Made by a program: the position numbers and the translations under genes
Source of the DNA: Chloropicon primus
Taxonomy: Eukaryota
Length of the DNA stretch: 64,000 bases
NCBI GenBank assembly: GCA_023205875.1
Contig: CP060764.1
Coordinates: 620,001-684,000, forward strand
Direction of reading: 5' to 3'
Shown: positions 48,879 through 57,591 of the stretch, in pieces
How positions within the stretch are numbered: position 1 is the stretch's first letter
Layout: every line of letters begins with the position of its first letter
The notes under the pieces: model-generated
The model's input: only the letters and a program-made list of their open reading frames with translations
Told to the model about the DNA's origin: nothing
The model's database searches: none

Positions 48879-51317
48879 CTACTTGTTATTCATGCCCGGA
48901 AAAGCTCGCAACTTCTTGTCCTTCTGCTTCTTCTTCTTCTCCGCCTTGTCGTACTTCATGCCTGGGTGAGCGCGCAGCTTCTTGTCACCCTTGGCCTCCT
49001 TCCGCTGCTGCTCCTGCAGCCTGTCGATCTCTCTCTGCCTCCACTCCTCGATGAGCTTGCCCCTGTTCACGGACGCCTGAATCGACAGCTCCTCCTCTGC
49101 GAACACGTCGGTGGAGAAGGCATTCCAGTCCCTGAAGACGTGGACGCAAACGTCGTCCTTGCCTCCCCTGGTCGGATTCGTGCAAAGGGTTCTGAGGACG
49201 GAGATGTCAACCTCGTCCGCCGCCTCGCCTTGGCTTTCCTTCCCCCCCTTCTTGTCCTTCTTTTTGACGGCCCGGATGACCTGGGACGCTGGTAGGACCA
49301 CCCCGTGGACCCTCAAGTTCCACTTGTCCTTCGCTCCCACCAGCTGCTTCATCAGCTGCTCTTGCGGGCACCTCAGCTCGCCGTCAGAGACAATCAAGAC
49401 ATCCGAGTTGCTCCACTCGGCCTGGTGGAGCTTGTCCATGCACCTCTTCAAGGGCTCGTTCAGATCGCTCCCGCCGTTGAAGACCTTCTCCAAGAAGGAC
49501 AGGAGCCTGTCGATCGAGCCCTCAGCGTCGACGCTCAGCTCCAACTCCCTGACGTCGCTGGGACCGCTGAAGCAGTACACAAAGCAGCCCCTCTCCTGCT
49601 CCTTTGCCGCCCTCATGCACTCCAGCACCAGCGCCTTGGCCACCTCCTCCCTCACGCCCCTCATGCTGCCAGAGGTATCGATGCAAAGGAGGATGGGCCC
49701 CCTGTCCGCCGTCGGCCTCACCTCCCTGATGAGGGGGTTGGGCACCTTGGTGGGCTGCGAATGCCATCCGTCCCTCTCGTAAGAAAGGAGGGACTGCTGC
49801 ACGAATTTCGCGAAGAAGAGCCTCTTCGCCACGCCGTTGGTCCGGCCCTTGGCCAACATGCAGGCCTCGCTCGGGAGCATCCTCGCGAGATCGTCGGAGC
49901 GGCAGAGCCCCCTCGTCTCCTGCTGCTCCAAGATGCTCCTCAGGAGGCCGTCCCTGCCGTGCGTCATGTCCAGCGCTTGCACCGGCGACCTCCTCAGCGG
50001 GCCCCACCCGGCCCCCCGGCCGAGAGACCTCACGAGGTCCCGGAGCGGCTTGCTTTTCTCCAAGTTCTGCCTGAACCCGTCCACCTTGTCCCACCCCTTC
50101 CTCCTCCACACGCTGTTCTGGTTGTGCACGTCGAAGGTGTCGCTCTTGCTGCCCAGGAGGAGGTCGACGAAGCTGAAGGTCGACGCGGCCTTGCTCAGGG
50201 CCTCCACGGCGGGCTCCCACGTCACGTAGAACTTGTCTGCGATCCTCACGGCCGTGCTCAGGACCTCGAGGTCCCCCTCCTCCTCGCTATTCTCCTCCTT
50301 CAGGGCCTCCACGATGCCGGACCACCACTTCTTGGGCGCGGCGGTGGAGGAGGGGAGCCCCTCCTCCACCGTCTCCTCCTCCTTTGCGGCGGGAGCTTGC
50401 CTGCCCAGCTGCCTCGTCGCGGTGGCAACCTTTCCTCCCCCTCCCCCCAGACCGGCAGCGCCCTGCTTGGCCTGCTTGGCCGCGAGCCACTTTTGGTACT
50501 TCGGGTCCATCTTCTTCGTCTCATCGATTGGGGGGCTGCTCGGGGGTGCCTTGGCTCTCGCCGGTGCCGCGCTCGTCCGGGCCGCCTCCGGAGTGGCCCC
50601 TCCACCCCCCGCCGACCCCTTCTGCTGCTTGGCCGCCATCCAGCGCTTGTACTTGTCCGAGCTCGTGTCCACTTTGGCTTGTTGCGTCGACGGCTGGGAG
50701 GACGGGGATGGGGAGCGCCCCTCCGCCTCGGCGCTCCCAACCTCCTCCTCCTCCTCCTCCTCCGCGAACTCCTTCTCGAACTCGATGACCGCGTCCAGCA
50801 GCGACCTCACGCTCGCCTTGTGGATCTGCGGGAACCGGGAGCAGAGCTGCGGGAGCTTGAGCCTGGCGAACGCCCCCAGAAGGAGGGGCCGAACGGGCTC
50901 GCTCGGCCACTGCACCGCCTCCCTCCCGTCCTCTCCCGCGTCCCCGAGGGGCAGCACCCCCTTCTCCAGGCACGCCGACCACGCCACAAGCCCTTCCGCG
51001 TGCTGGGCCAGCGTGTACGTCCTGTGCGCGCCCTCCTCCCCCCCCTCCCCCAGTCGCCTCGCCTCCCTCAAGTCCGCCAGCAGCAGCAGCTTCGGCAGGA
51101 GCTCCGTCGGCACCGTCGCGACCGACCCGTGGTCCACTTCCTCCCGCCGCGTCCGCTCCGCCACCGCCCCTACTCGTCCCAGCACTCCCCCCTCCCTCCT
51201 CCTCCCCACGACGCAGGCCTTGTTCCCCCTCCTCCCCCCGAGAAACCGGAAGCCTTCCCCTCCCCTCATCCTCCCCCTCAACCCTCTCCTCATCCTCCCC
51301 CTCGCCGTCGCCCTCAT
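48879..51317 (-). CDS. ViaA-like VWA domain protein with an Arg-rich organellar transit peptide
   Basis: SDDLARMLPSE, RGPILLCIDTSGSM (MIDAS), FNGGSDLNEPL and SDVLIVSDGE. Confidence 0.88.
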   Translation of the reverse strand: MRATARGRMRRGLRGRMRGGEGFRFLGGRRGNKACVVGRRREGGVLGRVGAVAERTRREEVDHGSVATVPTELLPKLLLLADLREARRLGEGGEEGAHRTYTLAQHAEGLVAWSACLEKGVLPLGDAGEDGREAVQWPSEPVRPLLLGAFARLKLPQLCSRFPQIHKASVRSLLDAVIEFEKEFAEEEEEEEVGSAEAEGRSPSPSSQPSTQQAKVDTSSDKYKRWMAAKQQKGSAGGGGATPEAARTSAAPARAKAPPSSPPIDETKKMDPKYQKWLAAKQAKQGAAGLGGGGGKVATATRQLGRQAPAAKEEETVEEGLPSSTAAPKKWWSGIVEALKEENSEEEGDLEVLSTAVRIADKFYVTWEPAVEALSKAASTFSFVDLLLGSKSDTFDVHNQNSVWRRKGWDKVDGFRQNLEKSKPLRDLVRSLGRGAGWGPLRRSPVQALDMTHGRDGLLRSILEQQETRGLCRSDDLARMLPSEACMLAKGRTNGVAKRLFFAKFVQQSLLSYERDGWHSQPTKVPNPLIREVRPTADRGPILLCIDTSGSMRGVREEVAKALVLECMRAAKEQERGCFVYCFSGPSDVRELELSVDAEGSIDRLLSFLEKVFNGGSDLNEPLKRCMDKLHQAEWSNSDVLIVSDGELRCPQEQLMKQLVGAKDKWNLRVHGVVLPASQVIRAVKKKDKKGGKESQGEAADEVDISVLRTLCTNPTRGGKDDVCVHVFRDWNAFSTDVFAEEELSIQASVNRGKLIEEWRQREIDRLQEQQRKEAKGDKKLRAHPGMKYDKAEKKKKQKDKKLRAFPGMNNK

Positions 51318-51746
51318 CCTCCTCCTCCTCGTCGTCGCGGTGGTCCTCGTCCTCGTCGTCGTCGTCGTCGTCGTCGTTGTGTTCGGTTTGTTGATCGCTC
51401 GCTCGCTCGCTCCTGCTCGGCTTCTGATTGGATAGAAGGGCGCGCTTTTTTATCCAGATCATGATGAAAAGGAGGTGCACTTTATCCGAAAGACCGGCGA
51501 CCCAACACCATCGGAGGTAAGGAGCAACGACACGACACGAAAGGACAGGACAGGACAGGACGACAACACAAGAAAGGACACACGCGAGCGAGATCGCTTG
51601 CGTGCTTCCTCGGGTGCTTGCTTTTTCTCGCGACCTCCGTGGGATGGGACTGACGTTGGGTTCGGCTCTTCTCTTCTCTTCAGGTGGGGATCATCTTCAT
51701 CTTCACCAGCAGCGTCGTGATCGCATCAGCGAGGGGAGCAGGAGGT

Positions 51747-53291
51747 ATGGCGTCGAGGGTGGTGACGAGGGGGAGGGTGGTGAGGGTCGTCGCGAAGGGG
51801 GCGGGGAGGAGGGCGAGGAGGGGAGTCGCCGTGGGGGCGAAGAGGGCGGACCAGGAGTACCAGACCAGCCAAGGGGTATTGCAGAGGATAGCGCAGGTCA
51901 AGGCGGAGGCGGAGGCCCTCGCGAGCGAGAGGAGGGAGAGCGGGGACGAGGACGCGTGCTACGTCGTGGACGGGTGCTTCCTCGGGGAGGAGGAGGAGAA
52001 GCTCGTCAACGGGGTGAGGGCGGCGTCGGACGTCCTCTGCCATGGACTCCTGGAGAGGGAGGTGGAGGTGAAGCTCCTCCTGCTCGCCGCGCTGACGGGG
52101 GAGCACCTCCTGCTGCTGGGACCTCCGGGGACGGCCAAGTCGGAGCTCGCGAGGAGGCTGAGCAAGGTGTGCCACGGCGCCTACTTCGAGCGCCTGCTCA
52201 CCAGGTTCTCCGTGCCAGAGGAGCTCTTCGGACCGCTCAGCATGAAGGGCCTGGAGGAGGACAGGTACCAGCGCCAGATCGAGGGGTACCTCCCCACCGC
52301 CCAAGTCGCCTTCGTGGACGAGATCTTCAAGGCCAACTCCGCGATCCTCAACGCTTTGCTGACCTTGCTGAACGAGAGGCTGTTCGACAACGGCGCCGAG
52401 AGGATCGAGGTGCCTCTGCTCTGCATGGTGGGGGCCTCGAACGAGCTTCCCGAGAGCGAGGAGTTGGATGCCTTGTACGACAGGTTCCTGATCCGGAGGA
52501 CGGTGTCCCAGGTCTCGAGCCAGGGCCTGAGGGACTTGGCCCAGCTGGCGTCCTCCGGCTCCACGACGAGGCAGTTCCACACGGACGAGGAGCCCTTGAG
52601 CTTGGACGATTTCCTGAGGTGCAGGGACAAGGCCATCGAGGCGGTGAGCGTGCCCGGTCGGGTGGTGGACCTCCTCGTGGGCCTGCGGGAGTACCTGCAG
52701 GACAAGTGCGAGCCGCCGGTGTACGTCTCGGACAGGAGGTTCACCAAGTGCGTCACCTTCCTGCAGGTGGCCGCTTTCGCGAACGGAGCGAGAGAGGTCA
52801 ACGTGTACGACTGCCTCCTGCTGCAGTTCGTCCTGGGCCAGAGGGCGGAGGACGGGGACAAGGTGCTGGACTACGTGCTGGAGAACATCAGCTCCGACCC
52901 GGGCATCTTGCAGAACGAGCTCACCCTGCTCGGCGTGTTCGGAAGGGCCTGCAGGGTCCTGCAGTCCAAGTCCGGGGACACGAGCGAGCTCCTGGAGGAG
53001 TGCGAGGGCCTGATCGCGAGCCTGAGGGACCAGTACGAGTCCTTTGCGAACGACCTCGAGAACGGCTTCCCTCTCCTGAGGGGGTCCTTGTGGTACAGCC
53101 CCCAGCAGGTCGCCAGCGCCGGCCAGGTCCTCTCCCCGCCCATGAAAGAGAACCTGAAGAAGCTCCAGGCTCTGCTCGAGGAGGCCCTCATCGTGAAGCT
53201 TTCCCTGGAGAGCCAGTGCGACGCCGAGGTCCTCGAAAAGCTGCTGCCCAAGAGACTCAAGCAGTACGAAAAGGGCGTGAGCCAGATGTAA
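51747..53291 (+). CDS. RavA-like MoxR-family AAA+ ATPase with an Arg-rich organellar transit peptide
   Basis: EHLLLLGPPGTAKS, LLTRFSVPEELFGPLS, FVDEIFKANSAILNALLTLLNER, GASNELPE, ALYDRF and VSDRR. Confidence 0.92.
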   Translation: MASRVVTRGRVVRVVAKGAGRRARRGVAVGAKRADQEYQTSQGVLQRIAQVKAEAEALASERRESGDEDACYVVDGCFLGEEEEKLVNGVRAASDVLCHGLLEREVEVKLLLLAALTGEHLLLLGPPGTAKSELARRLSKVCHGAYFERLLTRFSVPEELFGPLSMKGLEEDRYQRQIEGYLPTAQVAFVDEIFKANSAILNALLTLLNERLFDNGAERIEVPLLCMVGASNELPESEELDALYDRFLIRRTVSQVSSQGLRDLAQLASSGSTTRQFHTDEEPLSLDDFLRCRDKAIEAVSVPGRVVDLLVGLREYLQDKCEPPVYVSDRRFTKCVTFLQVAAFANGAREVNVYDCLLLQFVLGQRAEDGDKVLDYVLENISSDPGILQNELTLLGVFGRACRVLQSKSGDTSELLEECEGLIASLRDQYESFANDLENGFPLLRGSLWYSPQQVASAGQVLSPPMKENLKKLQALLEEALIVKLSLESQCDAEVLEKLLPKRLKQYEKGVSQM

Positions 53292-53669
53292 TAACAACAA
53301 GTCGATCCTCCAGCCCATGCCTCCAATCCAATCCAATCATCTTTCCCCTTCCCTTAGCTCCCACTTCTCTCACAGAAACCAAGGAAGAAAAGTCCTTACG
53401 GGAATACGAAACCCCTGAACAAAAAAATTTCTTCCTCTTGACCGAATTCTTTCCTTCTCTCTCTCTCGGCGTTGTTCAGGATAATGATAATCCAGGACGT
53501 CCTGGTTAATTGACTCAATTCTCCATTCTTCACGCACGCGCAAGAATTCACTTGACTCTCCTCTCCTCTCCTCTCCTCTCCTCTCCTCTCCTCTCCTCCC
53601 CTCCCCCTGCCTTGGCCTTGGGCTTGGCATCACTGGGAGCACTGGGAACAAGCCAGCGCGGTGGCCAAG

Positions 53670-55410
53670 ATGATAGGACTCGTGTCAAAGATGAGCGGAA
53701 AGACCAAGACCAAACTCAAGGAGGTCAGGCACAGGGAGGAGGACCCGGTCAAGTGCATACTCAACTTCTACCAGTTCCTGGAGTTGCACCTCAAGCACCG
53801 CGTCAAGGCGAAAATGGGACGAAGCCTAAAAGTGGACCACATGACGATGAGACACATTACAAAGTCTTCACAGGTAAGCGAACGAATACGAGGGGGAAGG
53901 ATGCTTGGGAGGGAAGGTACTGACACGTTTGGATTGTTTTGACGCGGCCAGGTCGTTTACGGAGCGAATCAGAGCACCCAGAAGGTGGAGATGTCCACAG
54001 CAACGACCACGGTAAGTGAAAATGACATGGACCTCCCCAGAATTTTATGGCCCCGTTGTTCGTTCTTCCAAGGGGCTTGATGCTGACGAGCTCTCTCCCT
54101 TCGTGCGACTGATTGTGTCGCTGCGCTTGCAGTTCACGGAAATCATTCGTCCCATCTTCGAGCACTACTGCAGTTATGGTGAGAAGCACAACTATGTGTA
54201 CATGCGCAGGGGGCAGTTTCTGAAGTTTGCGAGGGACTGCAGACTGATGAACGAGACGACGGACTTGACGGAGCTCAACCTGATCTTCCAGAAGATCAAT
54301 GCCCAGTCAAAGAAGTCGGGGGACCACGAGCAGAGGCTTTCCCTGTACGAGTTCTACTTGGCGTGCGAGCTCATAGCCACGAGGATCTACCCGGGAAAGG
54401 AGCTCGAGGATTGCCTTCGGCTGTTGTACGACAACAACGTGTCCCCTTACGCCCAGACCGTTCCGAGGATCGACCACCGTGGCGATGCCTTGATGAGGCC
54501 TGGAGTTCTGGAAGTCGTTAGAAGCCACCAGAAGCAGCTGCGCGCTATCTTTGATTACTATTCCAAGATGGACCAGGTGTACGGCCGCAGTCTGAGCTGG
54601 AAGGACATTACCCACCACCAGAACCACATCAGTATCAACGAGTTCCTCAAGTTTGCTGCTGACTTTGCCATCATTCCTGACTTGCTAACCAAGTCCCAAC
54701 TCACCCGGTGCTTCAGGGAAGCCAACTTCGGTCCAAAGAGGACTTCGCACGACACCACCAGGCTGACCTTTCCAGAGTTCGAGGACTGCCTGGGCAGGTG
54801 CGCTCTCCTTGGTTTCGGCTACGTGACCCGGGAGGAGGACACCATCAAGGAGGCCAAGTTCACGTCCAACTACTCGGAGGCTGCGAAGACGGTGTGGATG
54901 AGGGCAAACGCAAAGATGGATGCTTACAAGTTTTACAAGAAGGTGAACGCCACCGCCAACGCGAGAAGAAAGTCAGTCGCCGCGGAGAGAGTGGAGCAGC
55001 GGAATATACAATTGAAGCGCCGGGTTGCGGACACCGCTGCTGACAAGGAGGAGAGGGACGAGAATATGGCAAAGCAGAAGGCTAACTACTACCCCGAGGC
55101 GGGCCTTCCTGCAAAGTACCACCCTTTCACGGCCCAGATGGTCAAGATGCACAAGATGAAAGAGGAGGAGGACAAGCAGATTTTGTACTACTTCCACTCC
55201 CTCAAGAGGCTCGAGGCCGCGCAGAGGCTCAAGGACAGGGTCAAGGAGAGGGAGAACCTGGAGAAAAGGGCTGGTCTGCCAAACAACATGAGAACGAAGT
55301 GGCCGACGCAGTTCCCTCCCGTCATGAAGCAGCTGAGCATGACTCTGCCCTCCGCCAAGAACCGTTCCTTGTCCCCTTCCTTTTCGCGGCAAGCGCTTCG
55401 GTCCATCTGA
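53670..55410 (+). CDS. Protein with tandem EF-hand-like / p25alpha(TPPP)-like domains; exons 53670-53873, 53952-54011, 54133-55410
   Basis: Repeated IF..Y...(Q/E)FLKFA.D..(L/I)...L...F pattern. Two phase-0 GT-AG introns. Confidence 0.7.
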
Positions 55411-55663
55411 TGATGGTGAGGAGGAGGAGGAGCACCCGCCTCGGCAAACGTTGTAACATAAAAAAAAACGCTTAGCTGTCAAAGCAGCAGTTCATTCATT
55501 CGTCGTTACGCTCGCTCGTCTCACCCTCACGACCGGGTTGTGGTGGCGCGTATCTTCTCAGGCAAAGGGCCAGGCTCTGCGCCTCGGTCTTTTCTTCAGG
55601 CAGAAGAAACTTTATTCAAACGCGCTTTAGCCAAACAGTTTTTAATAAAGAGCCCCAACCAAC

Positions 55664-56317
55664 TTAGTAGAGCCTGTAAGGGGCACCCATGGTGGTCTTG
55701 ATGTTAAGACTGCGGACGTTCTGCCAGTTCTTCTTGAGCAAAGAGATCAAGAAGTTGACAGCGGTGGAGATGTTGATGTAGAGCTCCTTCTCGGACATCT
55801 CGACGTTTCCGACGGCAACTCCCAAGCAGAGCACCTTCTTAAGCTGGAACTTGATGGACTTCTTGACGTCAGCGACCTTGGCCTCCAAAGGGTCTCCGTG
55901 GGTCACCAGGGTTGGGAACTTTCCGGCCTTGTTCAAGCCAGGTCCCAACAACCTAGGGATCTGCTTGATGATGGACTCGGAGGCCAAGAAACCGTGGTAC
56001 TTCTTGGCCAGCTTCTTCACGAGCTTCTTGTTCTTCTTGAGCTTCTTCAGAGCGTCCGTGTCCATGCAGTCCAAGCCGATGGCCTTGGCCTCGTCGCAGT
56101 GCTGGGCGTCTCCCAACAAGCAGAACCTCATCCTTGGCCTAGGAAGGAAGGGAAGCTTGACAGTTCCGCTGAAACGCTTATCCTTCTGAGGGTCGTAGTT
56201 CTTCAATCCAATCTGAAGCTCCACGGTCTCCTTGAACTTCCTGTCCTTGGACTTGCTCTTCTCGAGCATCTCCGCGATGTACTCGCGAAGCAAGTCTCCG
56301 TTCAGTTTGGACGACAT
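55664..56317 (-). CDS. RPL10A: 60S ribosomal protein L10a (uL1)
   Basis: Motifs [38 protein letters not shown] and [10 protein letters not shown]. Confidence 0.97.
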   Translation of the reverse strand: MSSKLNGDLLREYIAEMLEKSKSKDRKFKETVELQIGLKNYDPQKDKRFSGTVKLPFLPRPRMRFCLLGDAQHCDEAKAIGLDCMDTDALKKLKKNKKLVKKLAKKYHGFLASESIIKQIPRLLGPGLNKAGKFPTLVTHGDPLEAKVADVKKSIKFQLKKVLCLGVAVGNVEMSEKELYINISTAVNFLISLLKKNWQNVRSLNIKTTMGAPYRLY

Positions 56318-56800
56318 GTTGTTGTTGCTACAACTCACAACTCAGCTAGTGCTTGGGTCACGATGTCTCCCTAACGAATAGGTAACTGAACGACTCGAAC
56401 TTGTCTCGTCTAAAGCCTAAACACACACACACAGAGCACGAGAGCGCGCCGCTGCCTTCTCTTCTGTTTCTCCTCTCTCTCTCTCGCTCTCTCGCTCTCG
56501 GCGCCGCCGCTTTACACCCTTTCTCACACAGACGCTACAATAGTGCAAACATACAGATACATAACACTTCTATCAGAGAATGATACCGCCTCACGACTAC
56601 TATATATCTCTATTATGGAACGTGTAATAAGTGTATATTCGACGAGAGTAGGTTTCACTGTGTTATGCCCTGGAGTTGTTCTGACGAGTGTAAACGAGCG
56701 CGCGCGCGAAGAGAGCGAGGAGAGGGAGGAGAGCAGCCGCGGCGCTGGCTTTGGGTTGGCCGCTGGGGTTTGTGTTGTGTTGTTGGGAAGGGAAGGGAAG

Positions 56801-57331
56801 ATGTTTTTCCTTCTAGAGATGGAGCGGATAGTAACCCTACCGCCGCAGCACTTTGGGAGCGGGATGAGGGAAACCTTGCACAAGCAGCTCGTGAGGGAAG
56901 TGGAAGGAACGTGCAGCGGGAAGCATGGGTATATCGTATCCGTGACGAAGATCACGGACAGCGGGAAGGGACGGGTCCAGGTCGGGACGGGGAAGGCGAC
57001 CTTCCACATGAAGTACCAGTGCGTCGCGTTCAGGCCATTCAAGGGGGAGGTGGTCGACTGCGTGGTGACGCAGATAACGAAGCTGGGGTTCTTCGCGGAC
57101 GCGGGGCCCTTTGCCATCTTCGTTTCCAGCAGTCTCATCCCGGAGGACTACGAGTTCACGTCCGGGGACCAAGGACCGTGCTTCATCTCGGGGGACCAGG
57201 ACGTCGCCATTGTCAGGAACTGCGAGGTCAGGGTCAAGATCGTAGGCATTAGGGTGGACGCCACCGAAATATTCGGAATTGGAACCATCAAGGAAGACTA
57301 CTTGGGGGTTCTCGGGGGACCCGAAACGTGA
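56801..57331 (+). CDS. RPB7: RNA polymerase II subunit RPB7
   Basis: MFF......L.P..FG, VEGTCSGKHGYI, FRPFKGEVVD and IGTIKEDYLG. Confidence 0.95.
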   Translation: MFFLLEMERIVTLPPQHFGSGMRETLHKQLVREVEGTCSGKHGYIVSVTKITDSGKGRVQVGTGKATFHMKYQCVAFRPFKGEVVDCVVTQITKLGFFADAGPFAIFVSSSLIPEDYEFTSGDQGPCFISGDQDVAIVRNCEVRVKIVGIRVDATEIFGIGTIKEDYLGVLGGPET

Positions 57332-57591
57332 GGAGACGGGCTTGGCGGGCGCAGAGGAAGAGGCGCTCGTCGAGGGTTGATTGCTTTGGCCCCACACGCG
57401 AAACTCCCTCAGACGACTCGGGGGCTCTGGGGGGGGGAGAGGGAGACTCGGTGCGTCGTCGTCTTCATCATGGAAGATAGAACCAACTCACCGCAAAGAG
57501 CTACACTACACACACAGAGAGAAGCTAAGTTTTAAGGCAAGGCTTTTCCTTCCTTTTCTCTCTTGGGATCCTCTCCTCGAGACCAACGCCT

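Noticed and set aside
49305..53336. Long antisense ORFs (719 aa and 536 aa) over the ViaA-like and RavA-like genes
   Set aside because: Same GC3 shadow-ORF artefact, with L/R/P/V-rich composition.
56520..56700. Possible C/D snoRNA in the AT-rich RPL10A-RPB7 spacer
   Set aside because: A CTGA is present, but there is no convincing RTGATGA C box or terminal stem. It is more likely a bidirectional promoter.
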